In this document: piece by piece, positions 18,898 to 28,277 of the stretch
How the letters are laid out: the number at the start of each line of letters is the position of its first letter
How positions within the stretch are numbered: the first letter of the stretch is position 1
Assembly (NCBI GenBank): GCA_036149055.1
Contig: JAYZQJ010000019.1
Span: forward strand, 1 to 64,000
From: Myxococcota bacterium
GTDB taxonomy: Bacteria; Myxococcota_A; Polyangia; Polyangiales; Sandaracinaceae
Direction of reading: 5' to 3'
Length of the DNA: 64,000 nt
The notes under the pieces: model-generated
What the model saw: the letters and a program-made list of their open reading frames with translations, nothing else
Database searches by the model: none
Told to the model about the DNA's origin: nothing
Position numbers and translations under genes: made by a program

Positions 18898-21393
18898 TCA
18901 CGGCACGCAGACGAAGCGGCTCGTGCCGCCCAGCGTCGGGCGGAACTCGCAGCTGTAGCCCTCGGCGTCGCGGCACGGGGTCGAGACGCAGCTCAGCGCG
19001 CAGACGTTGATGCCGCCCTCGGCGACGCAGTAGGTCCCGCTCTCGCAGTCCGCGTTGCTGCTGCAGCCGGCGCGCGCGCAGTAGCCGCCCATCCAGGGCA
19101 CGCAGGTGCGCTGCCCGCCGCACTGGGTGAAGTCGGAGCACCGGTCCCCGTTGGCGCCGGAGCCTCGCGCGGCGCAGCCCCGCCCGTTGAGCGTCCACTT
19201 GCACGCCTCGCTCGAGCGGCAGTCGGTGTTGCTCGTGCACGTGAGCCCGCAGTGCCGCGCCGCCGGGATGGGGCCGGCGTCGAGGCAGGCGTGCGCGCCC
19301 GGGCAGTCGGTGTCGGACATGCAGCGGTCGTCCACGCAGGTGCCGTCGCAGACGGTGCCGGTCGGACAGTCCGCGGTGCTGCCGCAGCCGGTGCCGGTCG
19401 AGCGGCGGATCTCGCCGAGGTAGGTGTTGCCGCCGCCGAAGACGTAGACGCGCAGGGCGTAGGTCCCGGCCGCGGACACGTCGGCGGCCACCGACTCGTC
19501 GTCGGTCACGCTCCCGCCGGTGGCGAGGCGCACACCCGCCGGGTCGTAGAGCGCGATGTCGATGTCGCCGTCCGCGTCGACGAAGACGACGTCCGCCTCG
19601 ATGCGCCCCGGCCCGCTCATCGGGATGGCGATCCAGTCGTCGTCGCCCGAGCACACGGTGCCGTCGAAGGCGGCGACCGCCGGCGAGCCGCTGCCGAAGG
19701 AGACGCTCCGCGCGGTGGCGCGGGTGTCGTCGTCCTCGAAGCGGTCGTCGGTGCAGCAGCCGCCGGGATCCGGTGAGACCGCGGCGCTCAGGGAGTAGGT
19801 GTTCTCGTCCCCGCCGTAGCCGAAGACCCGCGCGTACAGAGTCGTGGCCGAGGACGCGTTGCAGTACTCCACCTCCTCGGTGTTCGAGATGCCCGCGCTC
19901 GTGTCGACGATGGTGCCGCCGCCGTCGCTCAGCTCGAGGTCGAGGTCGCCGCTGCTGCTCGTGAAGTCCACGCTCACGGTGATGCGGTCGCCGCGACCGA
20001 CCGAGAACGAGAAGAAGTCGGAATTGCCCGCGCAGATCTGACCATCGGAGACGGCCGAGGAGTACGGGGTGGCGCTCCCGCTGGAGTCGTCCGGCTCGCG
20101 GCCGTCGTCGGTGCAGGTCCCGCCGCCGCCCCCGCCGCAGACCTCGCGGGTGGGTCCGCAGCCGGCGCGCGCCCCGCCCTCGGTGGTCACGGTGGCGCCG
20201 CAGGAGCCGCCCATGTCGCAGCTGCCGTCGCCGGAGCAGGACTCGACGCAGCGCCCGCCCGACGCGGTGGCGGCGCAGATGCCCGACTCGCACTCGGTCG
20301 AGGCCGCGCAGAGCTCGCAGTTCCGGAGGCTGCCGTCGGGCGGCATGCCGCCCACCGCGAAGAAGGAGGTCACCGTGGTGTCGGTGCGGTGATCGCAGAT
20401 GCTGCCCGAGGGGTCGTCGTTGTCGGTCGCGCTGACCAGGAAGAACACCTCCTGCATCTCGCCCTCGTCGAGGCCGAGGCTCGGGATGCGGGCCAGGAAG
20501 TCGTCGCCCTCGGTCGCCTCGAAGGTGACCTGCTCGAAGGTGGTCACGTCCGGCTTGGTCGGGTCGTCGGGCGCGGTCAGGCTGTAATAGAGGAGCGGCG
20601 GATCGCGCAGCCCCATGTCGTCGGTGACCGTCACCTCCACCGGGTAGGTGGTGCCGCTGGTGACCGCCTCCATCGCCCGCGGCGCGCGCACCGTCACCAC
20701 CGGATCGGCGCCGGGGCAGCCGTCCTTCGGGCCCGAGCGCAGCACCACGATGTAGTCGTGCTCGACCCGCGGGTGCTCGCCGTCGTCGGCGAAGAGCTGC
20801 ACGGTCCAGCGCTCGGCGCTCGCGACCTGATCGGGGGTCGGGCACCAGTCGAAGGTCGCCCGCTTCGGGCCCTCGTTGGCCAGCGTCGCGCGCTCGGGCA
20901 GGGTGCCCCGCGAGCCGATCTCCACCGTGGCCGAGTCGTCGTCCCGCACCTCGACGTCGAAGGTGACGCAGGGCTCGCGCTCGAGGTCGTAGGTGCCGCC
21001 CGCGCCGGGGCGCACGAAGACCGGGGCCGCGTCCTCCGAGGGCAGCACCTCGACGGTGACCGTGAGCCGGTCGTACTCGCCCGAGCCGCCGTCGGTGAGC
21101 ACGAAGGTCAGGTCGTGGCGACCCGACTGGCTCGAGAGCGGCGCCCAGCGGAACAGCGCGCCGCCGGGCTCGGTGCTCAGCGAGTGCACGCGATCGAAGC
21201 TCGGGAGCATCGGATCCTCGACCCGCACCGCGACCGCCCGGCCCTCCGGGTTGTCGATGCCGAGCGTGAGGCGCAGCTCCTCGTTGACGCGCACGGTCTG
21301 ATCCGAGACCGGCTGGAAGGTCGGGCCGCTGCCGGAGGCGCAGGCGGCAAAGAGGAGCAAAGAGGCGAGAATCCAAGGCTGAGCGCGTCGCAT
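18898..21393 (-). CDS. Lipoprotein with Ig/cadherin-like domains, pre-peptidase C-terminal (PPC)-like domains and Cys-rich modules
   Basis: Lipobox FAAC; GDLDLELSD and GDIDIALYD PPC-like motifs; Cys-rich C-terminus. Confidence 0.8.
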   Translation of the reverse strand: MRRAQPWILASLLLFAACASGSGPTFQPVSDQTVRVNEELRLTLGIDNPEGRAVAVRVEDPMLPSFDRVHSLSTEPGGALFRWAPLSSQSGRHDLTFVLTDGGSGEYDRLTVTVEVLPSEDAAPVFVRPGAGGTYDLEREPCVTFDVEVRDDDSATVEIGSRGTLPERATLANEGPKRATFDWCPTPDQVASAERWTVQLFADDGEHPRVEHDYIVVLRSGPKDGCPGADPVVTVRAPRAMEAVTSGTTYPVEVTVTDDMGLRDPPLLYYSLTAPDDPTKPDVTTFEQVTFEATEGDDFLARIPSLGLDEGEMQEVFFLVSATDNDDPSGSICDHRTDTTVTSFFAVGGMPPDGSLRNCELCAASTECESGICAATASGGRCVESCSGDGSCDMGGSCGATVTTEGGARAGCGPTREVCGGGGGGTCTDDGREPDDSSGSATPYSSAVSDGQICAGNSDFFSFSVGRGDRITVSVDFTSSSGDLDLELSDGGGTIVDTSAGISNTEEVEYCNASSATTLYARVFGYGGDENTYSLSAAVSPDPGGCCTDDRFEDDDTRATARSVSFGSGSPAVAAFDGTVCSGDDDWIAIPMSGPGRIEADVVFVDADGDIDIALYDPAGVRLATGGSVTDDESVAADVSAAGTYALRVYVFGGGNTYLGEIRRSTGTGCGSTADCPTGTVCDGTCVDDRCMSDTDCPGAHACLDAGPIPAARHCGLTCTSNTDCRSSEACKWTLNGRGCAARGSGANGDRCSDFTQCGGQRTCVPWMGGYCARAGCSSNADCESGTYCVAEGGINVCALSCVSTPCRDAEGYSCEFRPTLGGTSRFVCVP

Positions 21394-21465
21394 GCGGGGG
21401 CCAGGATACCCCGGCCGGGCGCGGCGCTCCATGCGGGCCCTCCGGGTTCGGCGTAGAATGGCGGC

Positions 21466-23322
21466 GTGACTGCTTGGCTTCGCGCGGGGGGGCTCGCGCT
21501 ATGGGTGGCGATGATCGGCTGCGACAACCAGCTGCCGACCTCGGACGCCGGCCCGGACGAGCGCCCCGAGATCCTGGAGCTCCGAGCGCCCGACCCGGCG
21601 GTCGAGGGCTCCCTCATCGAGGTCCGCGGCCTCGGCTTCGACGACCTCGGCGCCGACCCTCGCCTCACCATCGACAGCGGCGGCGTCAACGCGGGCACGC
21701 TCTTCGGCATGCCGGACGACGTGGACGGCCGCCTGCTGTTCACCCTGGGGGGCGACGTGGTCGCCGCGCTCGGCTCCGGCGAGCACACCGTCACCGTGCG
21801 GCTCATGGGCGCGGGCGTGAGCTCGGAGCCGTTCATCGCCGACCTGCGGGTGGCCGCCAGCCTCCCCGTCGATCTGCTCGAGGTGCCGACCGGCGAGGCC
21901 CACCGGAACGACGTCGCGGTGCTGGTGGGCGACGGCATCGTCGGGCCCACCGAAGGCGAGCTGACGGCGCGCTTCGAGGGGACCTACACCTTCGACGAAG
22001 GCGGCTCGCGGCCGGTGGCCGTCTCGCTCCCGGTCGCGCCGCTCGAGCGCTTCGACCGCTCGCGCGGCGTCGTCGTGCTGACCACCGACCTCGGCGGCCT
22101 CGCCCCCGGCACCTTCGACGGCACCATCGCGCTCGAGTCGCGCCTCGTCTCGGGGGAGCGGAGCGAGTCCACGGCGCTGCCCGCCTCCCTCCACTTCAAC
22201 CCGCCGGAGCTGTTCAGCCTCGATCCGGCGCAGGGACACCTCGGTCAGCTGCTGAGCGTGCGCGGCGCGGGCTTCCTCGGCGGCCGGGACCGCCCCGACG
22301 AGACGACGCTGATCCGGCTCACCGGGCGCTTCACCCCGGAGGGCGGCGGCCCGGAGCCCTTCTCGGGCGAGATCGTGCCGGAGTACGTCTCGGGCAGCGA
22401 GGTCCTCTTCTTCATCGAGCCCGAGGTCCGGAGCGACGCCCTGGTCGCGAGCCTCTTCGGCCACGCGCGCGGCGCCTTCGAGGGGACGGCGACGCCGATC
22501 ACCATCGACGGCACGGAGGAGCTCGAGGGGACGACGATCCCGTTCGGCTTCGAGCTCGTGGGCGCCCGGCAGGTGGTCTTCGTGCGCTTCTTGCCGGGCT
22601 TCTACGACAGCCTGCGCCGCTTCGGGCTGCACCGCGTCTCCGACGAGGTCGAGATGGTGGTGCAGAGCCGCATGCGCGAGATCTACGAGGACTGGCGCGT
22701 GGACATCCGGTTCGAGGAGCCGGACGACCAGTCGCGGGTCGCCTACTCCATCCTCGAGATCGGCGGCCCCGACCCGAACGGGGTCGGCCTCTTCGGCTAC
22801 GACAACACGCCGGGCAAGGACGTGGGCAACCTGCGCCTCTTCGACGCGATCGGCGGCGCCAACGCCGAGACCCAGGCCGACGGCTACCCGGGCTACGGCG
22901 GCGTCTTCGTCGAGTCGTTCCTCTACTGGTCCGAGAACCCGGACCTCGGCGACGAGCGCCCGGCGGGCTCCCCCGACCCCGACCCTCTCTTCGACGAGAT
23001 CTTCGCTCCGGTGCGCGGCCGGCCCGCCACCCGCGCCGAGGGCGTCGGCGACGGGGACCCCGAGCGGGTGGCCGCGGTGCGGCGCGCGATCGACGCGCTC
23101 GGCTCGATCGTCGGCGAGACCGCCTCCCACGAGCTCGGCCACAGCCTCGGCATGGCCCAGCCCTACGGGCCGCCGACCGTCTATCACAACGACTTCGACG
23201 GCGACGGCTGCCTCATGGACTCGGGCGGCGACCGCCCGCTCGGCGAGCGCATGGATCTGCCGGGCTACGAGCGGACCCACTTCTGCTACGACCACCCGAG
23301 CTACCTCGACGAGATCTTGTAG
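21466..23322 (+). CDS. Lipoprotein with IPT/TIG-like domains and C-terminal zinc metallopeptidase motif
   Basis: Lipobox MIGC; ETASHELGHSLG..YHN..CLMD (metzincin-like); TAGAAT 6 nt before the GTG. Confidence 0.75.
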   Translation: MTAWLRAGGLALWVAMIGCDNQLPTSDAGPDERPEILELRAPDPAVEGSLIEVRGLGFDDLGADPRLTIDSGGVNAGTLFGMPDDVDGRLLFTLGGDVVAALGSGEHTVTVRLMGAGVSSEPFIADLRVAASLPVDLLEVPTGEAHRNDVAVLVGDGIVGPTEGELTARFEGTYTFDEGGSRPVAVSLPVAPLERFDRSRGVVVLTTDLGGLAPGTFDGTIALESRLVSGERSESTALPASLHFNPPELFSLDPAQGHLGQLLSVRGAGFLGGRDRPDETTLIRLTGRFTPEGGGPEPFSGEIVPEYVSGSEVLFFIEPEVRSDALVASLFGHARGAFEGTATPITIDGTEELEGTTIPFGFELVGARQVVFVRFLPGFYDSLRRFGLHRVSDEVEMVVQSRMREIYEDWRVDIRFEEPDDQSRVAYSILEIGGPDPNGVGLFGYDNTPGKDVGNLRLFDAIGGANAETQADGYPGYGGVFVESFLYWSENPDLGDERPAGSPDPDPLFDEIFAPVRGRPATRAEGVGDGDPERVAAVRRAIDALGSIVGETASHELGHSLGMAQPYGPPTVYHNDFDGDGCLMDSGGDRPLGERMDLPGYERTHFCYDHPSYLDEIL

Positions 23323-23395
23323 CTGGCGCGGCTGCAGCGAGGGACCCAGGCTGCCGGTGTAACGTCGACGCACCCCGTCGGCTCGCTTGGGAGAC

Positions 23396-24787
23396 ATGAT
23401 GCGCTGGCTTCTGTTCGTGACGCTGTTCTGGGCCGCGCCCGCCTTCGCGCAGGGCGAGGTGGACGTGGACGCCGACGTCGAGACTGACGCCGACGGCTCC
23501 GAGGTTTTGGCCGAGGCCGAGACCGGAGCCGACGCCGAGACCGAAGCCGAGGCCGAGACCGAGACCGAGACCGAGGCCGAGACGGAGGCCGAGACCGAGA
23601 CCGGAGCCCAGACCGAGGCGGTCGCCGCGGAGGCCGAGGTCGTGGCGGCGCCGGGGGCGTCGACCGCGCCGACGTGCGCGGAGGCGGCGTACGCGCGGGC
23701 CGCGTCGGCGGTGGTCCGGGTCCGGGCCGGGACGCAGTGGGGAGCGGGCTTCGTCTATCACTCGCCGCGCCACGTGGTCACCGCGTTCAGCCTGCTCGGG
23801 CTCGGGCGGGGCGCCACGGTGGTCACCCGGGACGGGACCGAGATCGGGACGCGCCTGCTCGCGCGCGACGAGGACTACGACCTCGCGGTGCTCGAGCTCG
23901 ACGCGCCGGTGGAGGACGTCGAGCCGCTCGGGCCGGCGCCGGAGACCAGCGCGCGCCGGGGCGCGACCGTGGTGGCGCTCGGGCACCCGTTCGCCCAGGT
24001 GAGCCAGCTGCTCGGGGAGCGCGGCGCGGGGCTGCTGCGCTGGTCGACCTCCACCGGCACGGTGGGCGCCGCCAACGACGTCGGGCTGCAGGCCGACGTC
24101 GCGCTCACCGAGGGGCACGCCGGCGCGCCGCTGCTCGACTGCGAGGGCCGCGTGCTCGGCATGATCACCGGGGCCGGGCTCGTCAGCGCCGACCTCGGGC
24201 TGGTCGCGCGGATCGGGCAGGCCGACACGCTCATCGCCGGGAGCGGAGAGGCCGGCGACTTCCTCGGCGACCTCCAGCTCCGCTTCGGAATCGGCGCCGC
24301 GCTGCTCATCGACGAGGACGGCCGCGTCGCGGGCGGCGGCTACCTCACCCTCGGCGCCACCCTCTTCGACCGGATCAGCTGGATGAACCGCGTCGGCTTC
24401 TTCAGCGGCGGCATCGACGACCCGATGGGCGACGTGCTCGACCACTCGCGGGAGCTCATCCGCGTCGAGACCATGCTCGGCTACCGCTTCTTCGTCGACG
24501 TGGGCGGCTTCTTCACCTTCTACGTCGTGCCGAGCGGCGGCGTGTCGATCATGAACGAGCGCCTGGGCGAGCGGCGGGTCTCGGTCACCCCGATGTGCAC
24601 GCCCAGCGACACCGAGAGCTGCATCTCCATCCAGGAGACGAGCATGGATCGCTGGATCGTGCGCCCGGCCGCGTCGCTCAGCTTCCTGCTCGGCGGCAAC
24701 TTCGAGCTCGGCTACACGATCGAGATCGGACTGGACACCGACCCGGTCCGCACGCACCACGTGGTCCGGGCCGGCTTCCTCTTCTGA
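23396..24787 (+). CDS. Secreted trypsin-like (S1C) domain protein with degenerate catalytic triad and probable C-terminal beta-barrel
   Basis: GAGFVY..VVTAFSLL..YDLAVLEL..VVALGHPF..TEGHAGAPLLDCEGRVLGM; ends RAGFLF; acidic ETEA repeats at the N-terminus. Confidence 0.75.
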   Translation: MMRWLLFVTLFWAAPAFAQGEVDVDADVETDADGSEVLAEAETGADAETEAEAETETETEAETEAETETGAQTEAVAAEAEVVAAPGASTAPTCAEAAYARAASAVVRVRAGTQWGAGFVYHSPRHVVTAFSLLGLGRGATVVTRDGTEIGTRLLARDEDYDLAVLELDAPVEDVEPLGPAPETSARRGATVVALGHPFAQVSQLLGERGAGLLRWSTSTGTVGAANDVGLQADVALTEGHAGAPLLDCEGRVLGMITGAGLVSADLGLVARIGQADTLIAGSGEAGDFLGDLQLRFGIGAALLIDEDGRVAGGGYLTLGATLFDRISWMNRVGFFSGGIDDPMGDVLDHSRELIRVETMLGYRFFVDVGGFFTFYVVPSGGVSIMNERLGERRVSVTPMCTPSDTESCISIQETSMDRWIVRPAASLSFLLGGNFELGYTIEIGLDTDPVRTHHVVRAGFLF

Positions 24788-26131
24788 TCACTCCACGAGC
24801 GAGCGCGGGACCGGCATGAGGTTCCAGGTCATGCGGCTGCGCGCGTTCTCGCGGGAGTGGATGACCTCGCGGCGCGGGCGGCCGTTCACCCAGACGTAGC
24901 GCCGGAGCTCGCCCTGCTCGTCGGCCGCGACGTAGAGCTCGGACTGGCCGTCGTCGTCGAGGTCGGCCACGAGCGACGCGTGCTCGAAGCCGCCGGAGTT
25001 GCGGTCGATGTTCTCGGTCGCCCACTCGGCGCGCGGGTCGCGGCCGGGGCGAAGCAGCCAGAGGCCGCTCGAGAACGCGGCCGCGACCATCTCGCGCTTC
25101 CCGTCTCCGTCGAGGTCGCCGACGGTGAGGAAGCGGGTGAGGCGGTCGGGGATGGTGGCGATGACCACGCCCTCGGTGGGCGCGGTGTCGTGGTCGTAGC
25201 GCCGGATCTCGACCGGCTCCGCGATCTGCACGTTCTGCCCCTGGCCGGTGGTCCGCGCCTCGACGGCCACGTAGAGCTCGTCGCGGCCGTCGCCGTCCAC
25301 GTCGCCGACCCAGATCTCCTTGGCGTGGCGGTTGCCGAGGTCGGCCACCACCGTCGGGCCGCCGCCCCCGTTCGGCACGTAGCGCACGACCTGGCCGCTC
25401 TGCTCGCCGCCGTCGAGATCGTTGGGCTCGCTCGGCGTGGCGTAGACCTCGAGGGTCCCGTCGCCGTTCAGGTCGCCGATCTCGACCTCGTGGATCCAGG
25501 TGTTCGGGGTCCGGCTGAGCTCGGTCACGCCGAAGCCGCCGCCCTCCTGCGGGCGGATGATCGAGAGCACGCCCATGTCATGGGTGCCGACCGCGATCGC
25601 GGGGCGGCCGTCGCCGTAGAGATCGGCCACCTCGGCGTCGCGCATCCGGTTGCGGGTGCCGCCGAACTCCGCCTCCCAGAGGGTCTCGCTCGACCACTCG
25701 CCGCCCGAGCGCCGCCACAGCTTCACCGCCGCGGCGGTGCCGCCGAGGGTGACGATCCCGGGCGCCGCCCCGGGGGGCTCGTACACGAAGGCCTTGTGGA
25801 AGACGTTGCTCGCCGGGTCCTCGACCGCCTCGACGTGCCACTCGCCGCCGCTCCGGGTGAGGATCTCCATGCGCGCGGCGCCCGGCACGGGGCCGTTCGG
25901 GCCGCTGTCGAACTGCGAGTAGACGAGCAGGAGGCCGTTCGGCAGCGCGTCGGGGAGCGCGGCGGTCTGCGCCGGTCGCGGCGCCTCGGTCTCCGTCTCG
26001 GTCTCCGCCTCGGCTTCGGGGGCCTCGGGGGTCTCGGCCGTCGGGGTCTCGGTGGAGGTCTCCTCGTCGTCGTCGCCGCAGCCGGCGAGCGGGAGCCCGA
26101 GGAGCGCCAGGATGCACAACCATCGCGTCAT
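24788..26131 (-). CDS. FG-GAP/VCBS repeat lipoprotein
   Basis: Lipobox LAGC; GDLNGDGTLE, GDVDGDGRDE, GDLDGDGKRE, ADLDDDGQSE. Confidence 0.85.
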   Translation of the reverse strand: MTRWLCILALLGLPLAGCGDDDEETSTETPTAETPEAPEAEAETETETEAPRPAQTAALPDALPNGLLLVYSQFDSGPNGPVPGAARMEILTRSGGEWHVEAVEDPASNVFHKAFVYEPPGAAPGIVTLGGTAAAVKLWRRSGGEWSSETLWEAEFGGTRNRMRDAEVADLYGDGRPAIAVGTHDMGVLSIIRPQEGGGFGVTELSRTPNTWIHEVEIGDLNGDGTLEVYATPSEPNDLDGGEQSGQVVRYVPNGGGGPTVVADLGNRHAKEIWVGDVDGDGRDELYVAVEARTTGQGQNVQIAEPVEIRRYDHDTAPTEGVVIATIPDRLTRFLTVGDLDGDGKREMVAAAFSSGLWLLRPGRDPRAEWATENIDRNSGGFEHASLVADLDDDGQSELYVAADEQGELRRYVWVNGRPRREVIHSRENARSRMTWNLMPVPRSLVE

Positions 26132-26178
26132 GCCCCGGCTCTATCAGCCGCGGATCGGGCGGGCAAATACCCGTCGCG

Positions 26179-26655
26179 TCAGATCGAGCGGTAGACCTGG
26201 ACCGCGAACGGGCCCGAGCCCGAGACCACCCGCGCCTCGATCCGGAAGGTGCCGGACTGGCCCGGACAGATGGGCCGCATCTGCCCGAGATACGGCTGCG
26301 GGTCGCGCGTGGTGTCCCGCTGGATCAGCACCTGGTTGGGATCGTAGACCCGCAAGTCGAGATCCGTGATGCCCTCGTCGCCCAGGCCGATGACCTTGTA
26401 GCACCAGCCGGGATGCATCGCGTGGCTGAAGTCGCGGGCGCCGCCCTCCTCGGCCTCGCCGCGGAGCGCCTCGCCGTCGCGGATCATCCAGGGCGCGACC
26501 TCCGCGCCGCGCTCTCGGAGCCGCGCCTCGAGCGCGTCCGCCGGCGGCGTCTCCGGCTCCTGCGGCACGTCGTCGTCCGGCGGCGCCTCCCCCACGATCG
26601 CGTCACACCCGCCGAGGAGCAGGCCGAGGACGAGGATCAGGCGAGAGGCGCGCAT
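26179..26655 (-). CDS. Small lipoprotein with PPC-like jelly-roll domain
   Basis: Lipobox LGGC; CYKVIG..ITDLDLRVYDP. Confidence 0.75.
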   Translation of the reverse strand: MRASRLILVLGLLLGGCDAIVGEAPPDDDVPQEPETPPADALEARLRERGAEVAPWMIRDGEALRGEAEEGGARDFSHAMHPGWCYKVIGLGDEGITDLDLRVYDPNQVLIQRDTTRDPQPYLGQMRPICPGQSGTFRIEARVVSGSGPFAVQVYRSI

Positions 26656-26681
26656 CGGGCTGGGTGTAGCGCGGCGGGCCG

Positions 26682-26720
26682 AGAAACGAAAGAAGCCGCC
26701 ACGGTCCGACCGCGGCGGCT
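26682..26720 (-). terminator. Intrinsic terminator after the RCC1-repeat gene
   Basis: AGCCGCCGCGGT-cgg-ACCGTGGCGGCT stem followed by TCTTTCGTTTCT. Confidence 0.75.
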
Positions 26721-26742
26721 CCTCGAGGTTCCCCGGGCCCGG

Positions 26743-28209
26743 TCAGGGCGCGGTGGACGTGCCCATGACCATCACCGGCTCGAACCGGTTCATGCGGCTT
26801 CCGTCGCCGAGCTGCTTGTTGTTGTTGTTGCCCCAGCACCAGACGCTGCCGTCCCCACCGCGGGTCACGCAGGTGAAGGACGCGCGGGCGGCGATGAAGG
26901 TCGCGTCGTCGATGCCGCTGACGGTCACCGGGGTGGCCGAGCAGTCGACGTTCTCGCTGTCGAGCATGCAGTTGGTGCCGTGCGACTCGAGCCCGTCGCC
27001 GAGCTGACCGTCGCGGTTGAGACCCCAGCAGGCCACGGTGCCGTCGTCGCGCAGGGCGCAGCTGTGGTTGGAGCCGGTGGCGATCATGACCGCGTCGTCC
27101 ACCCCCGCGACCGCGGTCGGCGCGGGCACGTTGTCCGCGTCGGCCTGGCCGGCCTGACGGCCGCGGTTCTCGCCCCAGCAGACCACCTGGCCGGGGCCGC
27201 CGGTGCCCTGGACCGCGCAGACGTGCTGGCTGCCGAGGTCGAGGTCGCTGGTCGCGCCGAGCGGGCTGACGCCGCCCACCACGACCGGGGTGTCGGAGCA
27301 GTCCCACATCTCGGTCGTGTCCACCACGCAGGTGTCGTGGGCGACCGGGCGGCCCATGTCGTCCACGTCACCGAGCTGACCGCGCTGGTTGCGGCCCCAG
27401 CAGTAGACCTCGTCCGCGGTGCGGGCGCAGCTGAAGCTGAAGCCGCTGGTCACGATCTCCTCGACGCCGGTGATCTGGCCGGTGCCGTCGGGCGTGAGGA
27501 CCTGGACCGGGGTGATCTCGATCTCCGGGCGGCTGCCGTGGCCGAGCTGGCCGCGGGCGCCGTTGCCCGCGCAGAACGCCGCGTTGGTGGCGCCCGCCGC
27601 GTAGCAGAGGTGGCCGTCGCCGACCGCGATGCTGGTGATGCCGTCGATGGTCGGGAAGTCGCGCTCCGCGACCTCGCGGATGTCCGGGATACCGCCGATG
27701 ACGTCCGGGATCGTCTCGCGACCCCAGCACCAGAGCTCGCCGCCCGGGCGCACCGCGCAGCTCCCGCCGAAGCCGCGGATGCTGAGCAGCTCGGCGTCGT
27801 CGAGGAGCGGACGGCCGCTGCCGCTGTCGTAGCGGGTCGCGCTCGGGATGCCGGTGCAGTCCTCGGGCTCGGAGCCGACCTCGGCGCAGTTCTCGTGGCG
27901 GGTCCGGCCGTCGCCGAGCTGCGACTCCTGGTTGCGGCCCCAGCAGTAGACCTGCCCGTTGGCCTGGCGGCCGCAGGTGTGGAGCACGCCGAGCGCGACC
28001 TCGACGTACTCGCAGTCGATGCACTCCTCGACCCCGGAGTCGGTCACGACGCCCGAGTCCTCCGGCTCCACGCCGGTGTCGCGATCCACCCCGGTGTCGG
28101 CGGTCATGCTGCCGCTGTCGCCGGCGTCCGGGTCCCCGTTTCCATCACCGCACCCGTTGAGGAGCAGCGCCGCGAGCGCGGTCCAGACCAAGAAAGCGTT
28201 CGAATTCAT
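26743..28209 (-). CDS. RCC1/BLIP-II repeat lipoprotein
   Basis: Lipobox LNGC; repeated HTC..VYCWGRNQ..QLGDG; AGGGGA RBS before ATG 28209. Confidence 0.9.
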   Translation of the reverse strand: MNSNAFLVWTALAALLLNGCGDGNGDPDAGDSGSMTADTGVDRDTGVEPEDSGVVTDSGVEECIDCEYVEVALGVLHTCGRQANGQVYCWGRNQESQLGDGRTRHENCAEVGSEPEDCTGIPSATRYDSGSGRPLLDDAELLSIRGFGGSCAVRPGGELWCWGRETIPDVIGGIPDIREVAERDFPTIDGITSIAVGDGHLCYAAGATNAAFCAGNGARGQLGHGSRPEIEITPVQVLTPDGTGQITGVEEIVTSGFSFSCARTADEVYCWGRNQRGQLGDVDDMGRPVAHDTCVVDTTEMWDCSDTPVVVGGVSPLGATSDLDLGSQHVCAVQGTGGPGQVVCWGENRGRQAGQADADNVPAPTAVAGVDDAVMIATGSNHSCALRDDGTVACWGLNRDGQLGDGLESHGTNCMLDSENVDCSATPVTVSGIDDATFIAARASFTCVTRGGDGSVWCWGNNNNKQLGDGSRMNRFEPVMVMGTSTAP

Positions 28210-28277
28210 CTCGTCCCCTAGCTCTGCCGAGCCCACCGCTTCGGCGTGCGGGAAACTAGTAGAAGGCCCGTCGGCGT

